This document shows, piece after piece, positions 43,369 to 51,647 of a stretch of DNA of 52,222 bases. The notes beneath the pieces were generated by a model. The model was not told where the DNA came from. It was given only the letters and a program-made list of their open reading frames with translations, and searched no databases. Made by a program: the position numbers and the translations under genes. The DNA comes from Thermoplasmata archaeon (GTDB lineage Archaea > Thermoplasmatota > Thermoplasmata > Lutacidiplasmatales > UBA184), in assembly GCA_028864975.1 (NCBI GenBank), contig JAGWLG010000025.1:1-52222 (forward strand). The letters are read 5' to 3'. The number at the start of each line of letters is the position of its first letter. The stretch's first letter is position 1.

Positions 43369-45198
43369 TCAGCGGAATCGCCGAAGCCATCCTGACGGGT
43401 CGCGGAAGAACCCCCCGAGGCCGAGGCCCTCCCTCGACTCGGGCCGAGCTTCCTGTTGAACGAGCGACGGAGCGGGCGTCTCCTCGCCATAGACGTAGCG
43501 GCCGCCCCGGAGCGCCGAGATGACCGCGCTCACCGCCGTGACGCCTCCGGCGAACAGGAAGGCCTCGGAGAGGGCCGACGTGAAACCCGCGGAGATGGCG
43601 GTCGCGAAGAAGTGGGGGGCCGAGAGCGCGGCGACGGTGGAGGCCGGCAGTTGTTGCCAGCCGGGGACACTGCTCGCAGCGTGGAGGACACCATTTGGTC
43701 CGGTCATGGGGTTCTGACCCAGAAAGGCCCCGAAAAGCGCCCCCGTGGGGTTCTGCGCGATCATCCCCGTCAAGATCTGCTGGTCAGGGGGCCCTACTTG
43801 GTTCCCGGCGAGGGCCCCCGAGACCGAGCCCGAGAGGTCGTGCGAGAGCCCCAAGATGACGATCGTGAAGAAGAGCGCCATGGAGGCCTGCTGCCCGATG
43901 TTCTGAAGCGTGGCGAGCATGCCGGAGGCGGCCCCTCGGTTCTCGGCGGGCACCGAGTTCATGATCGCGGCCGCGTTCGGAGAGGCGAACATCCCCATCC
44001 CGCATCCCTGCAGGAAGATGATCAGGCCCATCTCCCAGTAAGGGAAGTTCGTGGGGAGGAACGCGAGCGCGAAGAAGGTCGCGGACCCCAACGCCATCCC
44101 GGCCGTGGCGAAGGAGCGGGCCCCTCGGCGGTCCGAGAGCCACCCGCTGAGCGGGCCCGCGACCACGAACCCGGCCATCATCGGGGACATGAGGATCCCC
44201 GCCCAGAGCGGGGTCTGCGAGAACGAGTAGCCGTGCAAAGGCAGCCAGATCCCCTGGAACCAGAGCACCAAGAGGAGCATCATGCCCCCACGCGCGACCG
44301 AACCCAGGAACGCGGAGGAGATGCCGGCGGCAAAGGAGCGACGAGAGAAGAACTCCAGCCGGAACATCGGATCGGGGACCTTCGTCTCGACGTACAGGAA
44401 GAGGAGCAGAAGCGCGGTGCCCGCGACCAGACCGGCCCAGACCCATGGGTTGCCCCATCCCGTCGGCGAGCTCCCGTACGGGAGCAGACCATACGTGGTC
44501 CCCACCAGGAGGAGCACGAGCCCCGCGGCGAACGTGACGTTCCCCACGTAGTCGATCCGCTGGTGCGTCGTACGCACAGAGATCTCTCGGAGCTTGGCGT
44601 AGGCCCAGAGGGTTCCGAAGACCCCCACGGGCACGCTGACGAGGAAGATGATCCTCCACGTGGGGATGACGATCGGGCCCAGGTGGATGTCGGGGATCGA
44701 CGCCAGGATCCCTCCAAGGATCAGCCCGAAGAGCGAACCGCCGAGGAACGCGACCTGGTTGACGCCGAGCGCCTTTCCTCGCTCGCTGGGGGGGAAGGCA
44801 TCGGTCAGGAGGGCGGCCGAGTTGGCGAAGAGGAAGGACGCTCCCACGGCCTGGACCAACCGGAACAGAATGAGCTCCAGCGCGCCGGTCGTCCCGCTGT
44901 TCGGCGCGAGGAAGAGGAAGATCGAACCGGTAGAGAAGATCGCGAACCCGAAGTTGTACATGCGGGCGCGCCCCCACATGTCCGAGAGGCGCCCCATCGT
45001 GACCAGGAGGGTGCCGGTGACCACCCCGTAGCCCAGGAGCAACCAGATCAACAACGGGAAGCTCGAGGGCGCGAACGGGTCCACGCCCAAGCCATGGAAG
45101 ATCACTGGGAGCGAGATCAGCACGATCGTCCCATCGAGCGCCGCCAACAAGGCGCCGAGCGTGGTGTTGCTGAGGACGGTCCACTTGTACGCGACCAT
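43369..45198 (-). CDS. MFS transporter (DHA2-like, 14 TM)
   Basis: LAALDGTIVLISLP, GRLSDMWGRARMY, DAFPPSERGKALG, and GWLSDRRGAR motifs. Confidence 0.92.
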   Translation of the reverse strand: MVAYKWTVLSNTTLGALLAALDGTIVLISLPVIFHGLGVDPFAPSSFPLLIWLLLGYGVVTGTLLVTMGRLSDMWGRARMYNFGFAIFSTGSIFLFLAPNSGTTGALELILFRLVQAVGASFLFANSAALLTDAFPPSERGKALGVNQVAFLGGSLFGLILGGILASIPDIHLGPIVIPTWRIIFLVSVPVGVFGTLWAYAKLREISVRTTHQRIDYVGNVTFAAGLVLLLVGTTYGLLPYGSSPTGWGNPWVWAGLVAGTALLLLFLYVETKVPDPMFRLEFFSRRSFAAGISSAFLGSVARGGMMLLLVLWFQGIWLPLHGYSFSQTPLWAGILMSPMMAGFVVAGPLSGWLSDRRGARSFATAGMALGSATFFALAFLPTNFPYWEMGLIIFLQGCGMGMFASPNAAAIMNSVPAENRGAASGMLATLQNIGQQASMALFFTIVILGLSHDLSGSVSGALAGNQVGPPDQQILTGMIAQNPTGALFGAFLGQNPMTGPNGVLHAASSVPGWQQLPASTVAALSAPHFFATAISAGFTSALSEAFLFAGGVTAVSAVISALRGGRYVYGEETPAPSLVQQEARPESREGLGLGGFFRDPSGWLRRFR

Positions 45199-45707
45199 CA
45201 GCCCTCGGAAGACCCTGGACCGCGAGTCCGCTCACGCCGTTCGAGGACCCTTTTGAGCTCCCGCGAGCCCTTCTGAAGGGCCGCGAGACCCTCGGGGCTC
45301 ATCTCGCGGGCCAACTGCTCCAGGTACTGCTGGTGCGCGAGGGCGGCCGCCCGGTAGAGCTTCTCGCCGGTCTTGGAGAGGGAGAGGACGGTCGCACGCC
45401 GGTCCTCGGGGTCTCGTTCGCGTCGGACCAGCTCACGTCGCTCAAGGCGGTCCATCAGCTCGGTCGTAGCCGCGGGGGAGATCCCGAGGTGAAGGCTGAG
45501 TCGGGAGGGGCGCGTGGGTCCCAAGCTCGCGAGGCGCAGGGCCGCGTAGTCGGTGACGACCAGACCGAAAGGCTCGAGCACCGGCCCCAGGGCCCGTCGC
45601 AAGGCCCGGTGCGCCACCCGGTAGTCATCGAAGGGACCCCAGGGCTTGGCCAGGGCGGTGGTCCCTTCCCCGACGGGAGCGCGAAGCCGAGCGGCCAGCG
45701 AGGGCAT
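45198..45707 (-). CDS. MarR family transcriptional regulator
   Basis: LGISPAATTELMDRLERRELVRRERDPEDRRATVLSLS. TGATG-coupled to the MFS gene. Confidence 0.9.
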   Translation of the reverse strand: MPSLAARLRAPVGEGTTALAKPWGPFDDYRVAHRALRRALGPVLEPFGLVVTDYAALRLASLGPTRPSRLSLHLGISPAATTELMDRLERRELVRRERDPEDRRATVLSLSKTGEKLYRAAALAHQQYLEQLAREMSPEGLAALQKGSRELKRVLERRERTRGPGSSEG

Positions 45708-45818
45708 GGCCCTGTCAGGTTCGGGACCATATATTACGGCTCCGAAGTAAATGTGGGGCCTTCGTATGCCCCGATGGCGGGCCCCACGCCGTGCGCTCGC
45801 CCCCCGACGGGCACCGGT

Positions 45819-47897
45819 TCATGCCGGCGGGCGGTCGCTGGTCTCAAGGCTCGTGGTCGTGGGTCGAGCCATGGGAACGGGGCGTGCATGCGGCCCCAAC
45901 CGCTCCTGGAATCGGTCCGGAAGACCCAGGCGCCGCCGAAGGATATCTCGGACATCCCGGGTGACCAGATTGCCGTACGGACAGGCCATCTCACAATCGG
46001 AGGAACCCACGCACTTCGTCGAGCGGTACTGCCCCGTCTTCGCTAGTACCACAGGCATCTCCACAAGCCCTACCTCGCAGGCCTTCCCGCAGTCGTGGGT
46101 CGGGCAGGTCCGGCATACCGCAGGGTCAAGCGCCTCCTTGTGGAAGGCTCCGAGGCGGCTCACGACCCCCAAGAAGGTCCCTGTGGAGCAGAACCCCCAG
46201 CTGCGGCAGGGGCTCATGCCTACGTACGGGATCGCAATGAAGAAACCGTACCAAAGCACGTCCCAGACCGCGGCCGCGTAGACCACCGACACGTCCGCTC
46301 CGGAGAGCGTGATGTGCCCTCCGGCGAACTCGTCGAACGCCGAGACGGCGACCACGACTCCCATGAGGGCCCAGGCCCCGATGGCGAGGGCTCGAGGAAT
46401 GCCCTTCCATCCGCCGCCCAGGACCTGATGGCGGGGCCAGGGTCGCTCGGCGATCGTGGGGATCAGCCGCTGCGAGAACGTGCCTCCGTACATCACCGCC
46501 GAAGGGCAGAGCGTGGAGCAGTAGGCCCTCCGACCGAAGAGCAACGCCAGGACCCCCAGCGTCGCGTACGACGCGCCGAGCGCGATCACGGTGGCAGGGC
46601 CCACGCCCCCGAAGGCCCCGACGTTCGGCCACGTCGGGGCTTCGGACCATCCGCGAACGAGGGCGGGCCCAAGCACCGTATAGAGCCCATAGGCCCCCAG
46701 CGCGAACGTGAGCCGGTTCCGCGTTTCGCGTTGAGCCACGCGCCGGAGTCGGACGGCCACCAGAGCCCCCATCTCGACCCCCATGATGCCCAGGAAGAAG
46801 GGGCCTGCCGTCACTTGGGCAACGAACAGGAGACCCGACACCAGCACCGCCCCGATCCCTCCTGAGGCCGAGGGGAGGTGCCAAGAGGGGCCGAAGAACG
46901 CGAGCGAGAGGGTGGCCGCCATGGCCCACTCGGAGGCGAATCCGAGGGCGAGAAAGGCCGTGGTCGCAGCAGGTCGCTCGATCCAGAGAACGGTGGGCTC
47001 GGCTTCGACCGGCCCCGAGGTGGGCCGACCCAGGAGCCGGTGGGCGACGTAGGACATCTCCGCGAGCATGACGACGAGCATCCCTACTTGGAACGGCACG
47101 GGGCCCCAGGGGTCCGACGGGTGGGCCAGCAGCCAGAGCTCCCCGACCGTCATGACCAGGAACGCGAACGAGACCCCGAGAACGAGTCCGAGATGAGAGG
47201 AACTCACCGCCGGGCGTCGACCGAGCTCCTCGAAGAGGACGATGAAGGTCCCCGTCATGACCACGGCCATCAGGACCGAACCGAGGACCGGAGAGGAGAC
47301 GACCCAGGGCCCTACGAGCGCGGAGGCGGCAAGGCCGAGGAGCGGGAGCCGCTCCTCCCGAGGCAGAGGGACCCAGCAGAGCAGCAGGACCATGTTGGTG
47401 AACATGGCCCAAAAGAACCAGACGGAGCCAGCAGAGTAGGCGAATCCGTTGAGGAGCCCGTTCGGCCCGTTGAGGGAGATCGGGGTCCCCAGAGCCAGGG
47501 TGTAGACGGCCCCCATGAGGAGCTCGTTCCCCAGCATGATCAGCCCGAGGAAAATTGCCCAGGCCCAGCTGCCGGTCTCGACCCGGCGTTCGTGGCCGCG
47601 CAGGATGGTGACGAACGCCCAGACGAAGGGGGCGGTCATCATGATCTGGATCCCGAAGAGGGCCGCGGTGAACCCCACGCTGGTGTCCCCGCTCAACACA
47701 TCGTAGAGGACGGTGATCCAAAGGACCAAGGAGGAGAACAGGAGGAAGGCCACGAGGATGGCGTGGGAAAGGGTCGGGGTCCCTCCCTTTCGGGGAAAGA
47801 ACTGCAGAAAGACCCAGATGTTGAACGCCACCATTCCCGCGGCCACCGCGGCGTAGGCGGCGAGGTAGGGGGTGGGGAGTGGGAAAGCGTCGATCAC
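45819..47897 (-). CDS. Integral membrane 4Fe-4S-binding protein (NapH/MauN-like C-terminal module)
   Basis: Many TM helices, then CSTLCP, CRSWGFC, CRTCPTHDCGKACEVG and CVGSSDCEMACP. GAGGA Shine-Dalgarno 8 nt before GTG 47897. Confidence 0.8.
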   Translation of the reverse strand: MIDAFPLPTPYLAAYAAVAAGMVAFNIWVFLQFFPRKGGTPTLSHAILVAFLLFSSLVLWITVLYDVLSGDTSVGFTAALFGIQIMMTAPFVWAFVTILRGHERRVETGSWAWAIFLGLIMLGNELLMGAVYTLALGTPISLNGPNGLLNGFAYSAGSVWFFWAMFTNMVLLLCWVPLPREERLPLLGLAASALVGPWVVSSPVLGSVLMAVVMTGTFIVLFEELGRRPAVSSSHLGLVLGVSFAFLVMTVGELWLLAHPSDPWGPVPFQVGMLVVMLAEMSYVAHRLLGRPTSGPVEAEPTVLWIERPAATTAFLALGFASEWAMAATLSLAFFGPSWHLPSASGGIGAVLVSGLLFVAQVTAGPFFLGIMGVEMGALVAVRLRRVAQRETRNRLTFALGAYGLYTVLGPALVRGWSEAPTWPNVGAFGGVGPATVIALGASYATLGVLALLFGRRAYCSTLCPSAVMYGGTFSQRLIPTIAERPWPRHQVLGGGWKGIPRALAIGAWALMGVVVAVSAFDEFAGGHITLSGADVSVVYAAAVWDVLWYGFFIAIPYVGMSPCRSWGFCSTGTFLGVVSRLGAFHKEALDPAVCRTCPTHDCGKACEVGLVEMPVVLAKTGQYRSTKCVGSSDCEMACPYGNLVTRDVRDILRRRLGLPDRFQERLGPHARPVPMARPTTTSLETSDRPPA

Positions 47898-47910
47898 CGT
47901 CAAGGTCCTC

Positions 47911-48051
47911 GCAGTCTCACTCAGGCTCCGTGCAGTAGGCTTCCACGAGGCCGTACTTCCCCTTCGGGATCCGGTCCCTCTCTCGGACCTCCCGTACCCT
48001 GCGGGTCTCGCGATGCCCTACCTTAGGGAACAGGACGTGGGCGGGTTCCAT
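47911..48051 (-). pseudogene. Truncated 5' fragment (MEPAHVLFPKVGHRETRRV...YGLVEAYCTEPE*DC) resembling the YCxEPxCDCRR family (often SEC-C associated)
   Basis: ATG 48051, TGA at 47917-47919 where a Cys of the motif is expected, then GAC TGC (DC). Similarity then ends. The family resemblance is from recall and was not searched. Confidence 0.45.
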
Positions 48052-48152
48052 CACTCTTCCTGCCCCGCCTCTTGAACGGCTGTCATCTCATGCTCAGGCG
48101 CCGGTGGTAACCGGGGGTTCGTTCGAGGGTCCATCGGAACGCGTCGCCCTCT

Positions 48153-48950
48153 CTACGGGGCAAAGGCGGTGTTCGTCGGGACCCACCCCCGGGACCGCTT
48201 TCGCCCCTCCGATTTGTGCTCCTTGTCCATTTCGCGATCCCGGGCTTCGAGGATCCGTGCCAGTAAGTCGATCCGCTGCTCTCGATACTGGTCGCTTGCC
48301 GTGTCCCTTGGGACCGGACCTCGTGACCAAGCTCTCCTTCGCGCGGCGTAGGTGGAGAGGAGTCGATTGACCCGGGCCAGGTCGAATCCCTCCGGATCGA
48401 ACCACCCTCCGCACCATGTGAGCATCTCTTCGTGCTCGGGGTCCGCGGGGTCCCGGATCGCCTGAAGGAGGGAGGCGTAACCCGAGTACCCTCCGCAGTC
48501 CTCTGGTGGGCAGGCCCGCGCGCCAGCGGAGCACTGTGGACCGCCCTCCTGCTGGCCCGCGGGAAGGATGTCCTTGACCACGATCGAGTGCTCCCATCCA
48601 TCCCCGAAGTCGTACTCGTACTGTATCCTCGATCCGGGCTGAGGGAGAACCTCAAAGAGCCGAACCGAAGCGGAGTCCATAGACGGGTGGGACTCGGCGA
48701 GCTCGTCGTCGGGGTCTGGAGGAAGGTAGCGGACAAGCCCCGAACTGAACACGTGGAGATGGGAGTTGGTCCAGCCGATGGCGAGCTGGAGTATATCGTG
48801 TAGATCGGCCAGCGTATAGTCGCTCGGTACCGAGACCTCCCTCCAGACCTCGGGCCGGACCTCCAACAATGCGACACGAAGCCTGTGCACCGACCGGGTC
48901 GGCGGAGGCGGAGGCCTCGCTGGGGCCCTTCCTCGGGGGGATGACGGCAC
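48153..48950 (-). CDS. Plasmid pRiA4b ORF-3 family protein
   Basis: VWREVSVP..TLADLHDILQLAIGWTNSHLHVF, YEYDFGDGWEH and ACPPEDCGGYSGY motifs. Confidence 0.92.
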   Translation of the reverse strand: MPSSPRGRAPARPPPPPTRSVHRLRVALLEVRPEVWREVSVPSDYTLADLHDILQLAIGWTNSHLHVFSSGLVRYLPPDPDDELAESHPSMDSASVRLFEVLPQPGSRIQYEYDFGDGWEHSIVVKDILPAGQQEGGPQCSAGARACPPEDCGGYSGYASLLQAIRDPADPEHEEMLTWCGGWFDPEGFDLARVNRLLSTYAARRRAWSRGPVPRDTASDQYREQRIDLLARILEARDREMDKEHKSEGRKRSRGWVPTNTAFAP

Positions 48951-48977
48951 AGCCTATCCCCACGGAGGGAGGGGTAG

Positions 48978-50300
48978 ATGTCCTCTCCGGACCCCGTTCG
49001 TTCCGATGCAGGCGGCGTCCCTAGGTCTTCCCCCCCCGTCCGTTCGGAGGGGTCGCGGTCTCCTGCTCAACCCAGGGGTCCAAGCTCGGTGGGCGCGACT
49101 CACTTGCAAGCCCGCAGTACACGCGGGAGTCCGCTCCGAGCAACGACCCCCGTCGATTCGGGCCCGGGGTTGTCGAGACCGAAACGCGATTATGACCGGA
49201 CCCATCCTACCCCCGTGCCTAGCCGACGCCTCGCGCTCTGCAGACTCTGCGGAGCAAAGGTCCGCAAGGACCTGATCCTCTCGCACAGGGAGCGGGTCCA
49301 CCCCCGCGAACTTTCCCCCGTAGAGCGTGATGCGCTCAAGGCGAAGGACGAGGAGCGGGCAAAGCGGGCCAAGCCACCGACTCCGTCTCTCTCGATTCCT
49401 ACCACCGCTTCCGACAAGGAGGATTCGCCCTTCAACGACCTCGTGGAACCGTGGCGTCCTCCCCGCGACCAGGTCGCGCCGCCTCCCGGGGTGGACCCCG
49501 CGCTCTGGGAGAAGCTCCGCACCGCCGACGAGATGCTCCTCCGACGTTGCGGCGACCGGCTCCTCGGCGAGGAGGAGGAGGACGAGCAAGTGAGGTGGGA
49601 ATCGCACCTCCACGCCCAGTGGCTCTCCCGCATCGAGCCCGACCGCGCCCTCGTAGGTGCGGTGGCGCACCTTGCCGAGGCGGACCTTCCGAAATATCGG
49701 AAGGTGGCCGACGCCGGGTTCGAACAACGACGCGCGTCGCTCGCAGCCCCGCTCGGCGTCTTCCGCGACGCCGGGGAACGGGCCGTGCCTTATCTCGCAG
49801 GTGCCATGACCACCGAAGGCTGGGCGGGCATCCTAGCGGTGGAACTGCTGGCCGAGATGCCGAGCACGCCCCTCCGGAACCAGGCCCTCGTCGAAGCACT
49901 CTTCCTGCCCGGCGAATGGGCCCCCGAGGCCGCTGAACGGGCCACACGCTCCATCGACGCTGCGCGCCGATGGTCGCTCTTCGAGGAGGTCGCCCGGAAC
50001 GCGCAGGGTGGCGGCATCGAGCTCCAGTCGGTCTATTGGACCTCGCTCTTCGAAGAACGCCTCGAAGAGGAGCTCCAGCACCGCCCGCTACCGGACCTGG
50101 AGCGTGCCGCAATCCTCCTCTACGACCTGGGCCACCACTCCGCCCTGGTGGCCGGGATGGAGTTCCTGTTGGACCCCTGGGTCAGCGGCGAAGCGAGGGT
50201 CGAGGCGAACATAAAGGAGGGCGGGCTGGAGCGCGTCCTGGCGATTGTCGCCGAAAGAGAGCCGGAACGGCGACCGAACCGCCCTCTCGTTGCAGAGTAG
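48978..50300 (+). CDS. Hypothetical protein: disordered N-terminus, C2H2-like Zn finger, HEAT/PBS-like helical repeats
   Basis: CRLCGAKVRKDLILSHRERVH, then GERAVPYLAGAM..LAVELLAEM..LVEAL helical repeats. Start uncertain. Confidence 0.65.
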   Translation: MSSPDPVRSDAGGVPRSSPPVRSEGSRSPAQPRGPSSVGATHLQARSTRGSPLRATTPVDSGPGLSRPKRDYDRTHPTPVPSRRLALCRLCGAKVRKDLILSHRERVHPRELSPVERDALKAKDEERAKRAKPPTPSLSIPTTASDKEDSPFNDLVEPWRPPRDQVAPPPGVDPALWEKLRTADEMLLRRCGDRLLGEEEEDEQVRWESHLHAQWLSRIEPDRALVGAVAHLAEADLPKYRKVADAGFEQRRASLAAPLGVFRDAGERAVPYLAGAMTTEGWAGILAVELLAEMPSTPLRNQALVEALFLPGEWAPEAAERATRSIDAARRWSLFEEVARNAQGGGIELQSVYWTSLFEERLEEELQHRPLPDLERAAILLYDLGHHSALVAGMEFLLDPWVSGEARVEANIKEGGLERVLAIVAEREPERRPNRPLVAE

Positions 50301-50439
50301 TCTCTCTCGTGATGTCGGGCTCCGCGGCCCTGCTCGGGGCCATGCATCGGGAGCGGCAAAAGGCAAGGCGAAGGGTCCGAGCGGTCTCGGCTCCCGGTCC
50401 AGTGCGATGTGTCTCGGGTCCTCCTCCAACGGTGAACTC

Positions 50440-50583
50440 ATGACCTCTGAAGCAGACCGTCGGGGAGTTCGCCCCGTCCACACCCTCCGATTCCTCCTGG
50501 CGAGCGAGCCCGAGGTGATTCCAAGCGAGGAGTACTACGCCAAGCTCCCGGGATGGTTCCGGTTGTTGCGGGCCACCCCGTAG
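50440..50583 (+). CDS. Possible 47-aa protein (MTSEADRRGVRPVHTLRFLLASEPEVIPSEEYYAKLPGWFRLLRATP)
   Basis: GGTGA Shine-Dalgarno-like motif at 50431-50435 before ATG 50440. Composition is not typical of shadow ORFs. Confidence 0.35.
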   Translation: MTSEADRRGVRPVHTLRFLLASEPEVIPSEEYYAKLPGWFRLLRATP

Positions 50584-50684
50584 CTTGACAGCGGCTCGGG
50601 GTTCCGAGCGGGTGCGCGTGTCGCTGGAGCCGATCAACCCCAGCTGGGGAGGACTGAATCGTGGCCCCGGGTGCATCGAGGAAT

Positions 50685-51287
50685 CTAGGGGCCTTGGGCG
50701 TACTCCCCGCCGTCGAGGATGGCTTCTCGAAGGGGGAGGATGTCCATGTACATGGTGCGGTTGATCCGGTTCCTCTCGCGGAGCACCTCACGTGTCAAGT
50801 GGAATCCGCACTTCTCGTAGAAGGACGCGGCCCGCGGCTTGGCGTTCAGAGTGATGAAGCGAACCGCGCCGGGGCTCCGAACGGCAAGCGCCACGATCCT
50901 CCGGACGAGCAGTCTTCCGACACCCTGGCCCTGCCAGTGTTTCTGCACGGCCAGGCGACCGATCTTCATCGCGGGGTACGTCTCGAGTTGGAGGATCTCT
51001 CGTTTGGCGTGAGAGCCGGAGACCTTCCTCATATCGACGTACTCGGACCGCAGGCTGTCCGAACTGATTGTATAGTACGCGACCAGGTCCTTCCCGAGGT
51101 AGACGAGAGCGGTGTTGCCCTCGCCGTCCTCAAAGTAGTCGACCGCCTCGGCCTTCAGGAGGAACTCATCGAGTTCTGGCTCCCCGCACGAGAAGGTGTC
51201 GGGTAGCTGGCCCCGGTCCTTGCGTTGCTCGTACCGGAACTTTGAGCGGTCGACGCGGACCGATGACCCGAAGGTCGGCGAGGCCAT
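50685..51287 (-). CDS. GNAT acetyltransferase of the AtaT/TacT toxin type
   Basis: FSCGEPELDEFL N-terminal motif, YYTIS, YPAMKIGRLAV..WQGQGVG, and TLNAKPRAASFYEKCGF. Confidence 0.85.
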   Translation of the reverse strand: MASPTFGSSVRVDRSKFRYEQRKDRGQLPDTFSCGEPELDEFLLKAEAVDYFEDGEGNTALVYLGKDLVAYYTISSDSLRSEYVDMRKVSGSHAKREILQLETYPAMKIGRLAVQKHWQGQGVGRLLVRRIVALAVRSPGAVRFITLNAKPRAASFYEKCGFHLTREVLRERNRINRTMYMDILPLREAILDGGEYAQGP

Positions 51288-51289
51288 CG

Positions 51290-51457
51290 TTACGATTGAG
51301 GCTCGGAGCGACCCTCAGCCTCTGCCTGCGCCAGCTCGGCCATCGCACCGCGGTAAAGCTCCTTCACCGATCGGGGTGCGCGGGGCTTGCGTGTACGCTC
51401 GTGGAACTCGTCAGCGTCCCGACCTTTCAGTACTGGCACGGGTAGGGGCTTCGCCAT
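51290..51457 (-). CDS. 55-aa candidate antitoxin upstream of the GNAT toxin (absent from the ORF track)
   Basis: MAKPLPVPVLKGRDADEFHERTRKPRAPRSVKELYRGAMAELAQAEAEGRSEPQS. Its TAA ends 2 nt before the toxin ATG, and there is a TATA-like element upstream. Confidence 0.7.
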   Translation of the reverse strand: MAKPLPVPVLKGRDADEFHERTRKPRAPRSVKELYRGAMAELAQAEAEGRSEPQS

Positions 51458-51488
51458 GTCTCCCGAAGAAAGTATCGGGGAGGGAGCG

Positions 51489-51494
51489 TATTAA
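51489..51494 (-). promoter_or_regulatory. Putative TATA box of the antitoxin-toxin operon
   Basis: TTAATA on the minus strand, about 31 nt upstream of ATG 51457. Confidence 0.5.
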
Positions 51495-51647
51495 GGATGC
51501 CTACAACCGGGAACACGAATCCACCCCCTGTCACTCTACGTCATGAGTGAGCTCAGGTTAGGGGCGTCCTCCCACGCTTCGAGGACATCCGACAGCCCCT
51601 CGACCATCTTCCCGGGGGGATGGGTCGCCCGTCCCGCTCCGGCATCT

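Noticed and set aside
47917-47919. Selenocysteine at the TGA in YCTEPE*DC
   Set aside because: The frame loses family resemblance two codons later and runs into the next gene, so this is a truncated remnant. No Sec machinery is visible in the window.
51536-51607. 23-aa ORF MVEGLSDVLEAWEDAPNLSSLMT on the minus strand after the integrase
   Set aside because: Too short, with no clear promoter or homology argument, and it overlaps the hairpin/dyad. It cannot be supported.
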